Source of the DNA: Nostoc sp.
Lineage (GTDB): Bacteria; Cyanobacteriota; Cyanobacteriia; Cyanobacteriales; Nostocaceae
Direction: 5' to 3'
Length of the DNA: 64,000 nt
Assembly (NCBI GenBank): GCA_036918135.1
Contig: JBALDB010000048.1
Location: 96,001 to 160,000 of the forward strand
The notes beneath the pieces were generated by a model. It did no database searches. It saw only the letters and a program-made list of their open reading frames with translations, and was not told the DNA's origin. A program made the translations under genes and the position numbers. Shown here one piece after another: positions 63,090-64,000 of this stretch (position 1 is its first letter; each line of letters opens with the position of its first letter).

Positions 63090-63350
63090 CTATGTTGGAT
63101 TATAATCTGGCTGGTTGGATAAATCTTTTGGGCGGCGATCGCTACTCCAAGCCCACCATACACAACCACACTGGCAATAATAGAACTCTTGCCATTTACG
63201 ACGACGGTCTTCTGTAAGTACAGGCGAGCGGCGATTTAACCAAACTTTTTCAGCTTCAAGGCTACTTGAGTAACAGCTAGGACAGCAGAACTCATAAGCG
63301 TGTACTGCCTTATTTGTCCATTCGGGTGGGAGCAGAGCAAAAGCATCCAT
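63090..63350 (-). CDS. Small conserved hypothetical protein, putative Zn ribbon
   Basis: MDAFALLPPEW...CPSC...RRKWQEFYYCQCG; start moved to the ATG at 63350. Confidence 0.75.
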   Translation of the reverse strand: MDAFALLPPEWTNKAVHAYEFCCPSCYSSSLEAEKVWLNRRSPVLTEDRRRKWQEFYYCQCGCVWWAWSSDRRPKDLSNQPDYNPT

Positions 63351-63783
63351 GATCGGGACAGGGAGTAAAGAGTAGTGTAATTCAATCAATTGAAAAACAC
63401 TGTAAAATGAGTAAATCAATATTCTTAAAAGCTTGTCTATTTGATTAATAAATCTGAATTTACAGAATCTTTCACCAATAAAAGACTTATTTTTTAAGAG
63501 TATTAAAGAAAGATTACAAATCAAAGATTAACACAAAAAGTCAATTTTTTTCAGGTCTTCGACTCAAGGGCGACTCCACAAATCTATAAAATTACTGTAG
63601 ATAGGTATCTTAGGCATCCTACTATTATCAATTCTAAGGAACTGACAAATAAAAAAATATCCCAATATTTACACTCATCAGTCAGCAGCTTAAAGTGGTT
63701 GTTTTTATTTCTTGGAGTTCCCTAACAAACTTGATATTTTAGGAACTACTCAACTATGGACATTATGGCTAATAATTAAAATT

Positions 63784-64000
63784 ATGGAGCCAAATGCTGA
63801 AATTCGTCGTTTATTAGATGTCATGCCTGCTTCTGGTCGGATGATGACAAAAATTATTAGCAAGCCGGAGCAGGCAAAAGTGATTGACGCCTCCTTTCCC
63901 CAACCCTGGAATCAGGCGCGACCGATATATATTAATTTTGATTTGTGGCGTCGTCTGACAAAGCCGCAAAGAGACTTGCTGCTGTTGCAGATGGTTAGCT
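63784..64000 (+). CDS. DUF3318-like protein, runs off the window
   Basis: MEPNAEIRRLLDVMPASGRMMTKIISKPEQAKVI...INFDLWRRL..QRDLLLL. Confidence 0.7.
   Translation, partial: MEPNAEIRRLLDVMPASGRMMTKIISKPEQAKVIDASFPQPWNQARPIYINFDLWRRLTKPQRDLLLLQMVS

Overview
Chromosomal window of a heterocyst-forming filamentous cyanobacterium, probably Nostoc or a relative. The evidence is the split rpoC1/rpoC2, abundant HIP1 octamers (GCGATCGC), heptameric STRR arrays and small dispersed repeats. Most of it is housekeeping: pgsA, aspA/fumC, rsmH, ndhH, hslO, hisD, rpsT-tatD-rpoB-rpoC1-rpoC2, riboflavin synthase, birA, pgeF, csaB, hisA, sphR-sphS-phoU and an SLH/OprB porin. Accessory patches include a MORN kinase / Thr-Pro-Asn repeat protein / L,D-transpeptidase trio, a PadR pair, a DUF1778-GNAT toxin-antitoxin module, three Uma2 genes and several pseudogenes. 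I recognised no rRNA, tRNA, CRISPR array or intact transposase. The most notable unannotated signals are: (1) a 38-aa ORF behind two NtcA-type boxes; (2) a MidA/NDUFAF7-type methyltransferase and a 31-aa membrane ORF next to ndhH; (3) a diverged duplicate of the csaB 3' end marking an insertion scar; (4) an A9 frameshift at the start of an ABC transporter; (5) an unresolved overlap or frameshift in the PadR partner; (6) HIP1-targeted micro-insertions, including nested in-frame ones in protein N-termini; (7) a microhomology-mediated deletion remnant. All family assignments come from motif recognition by eye, not from database searches.
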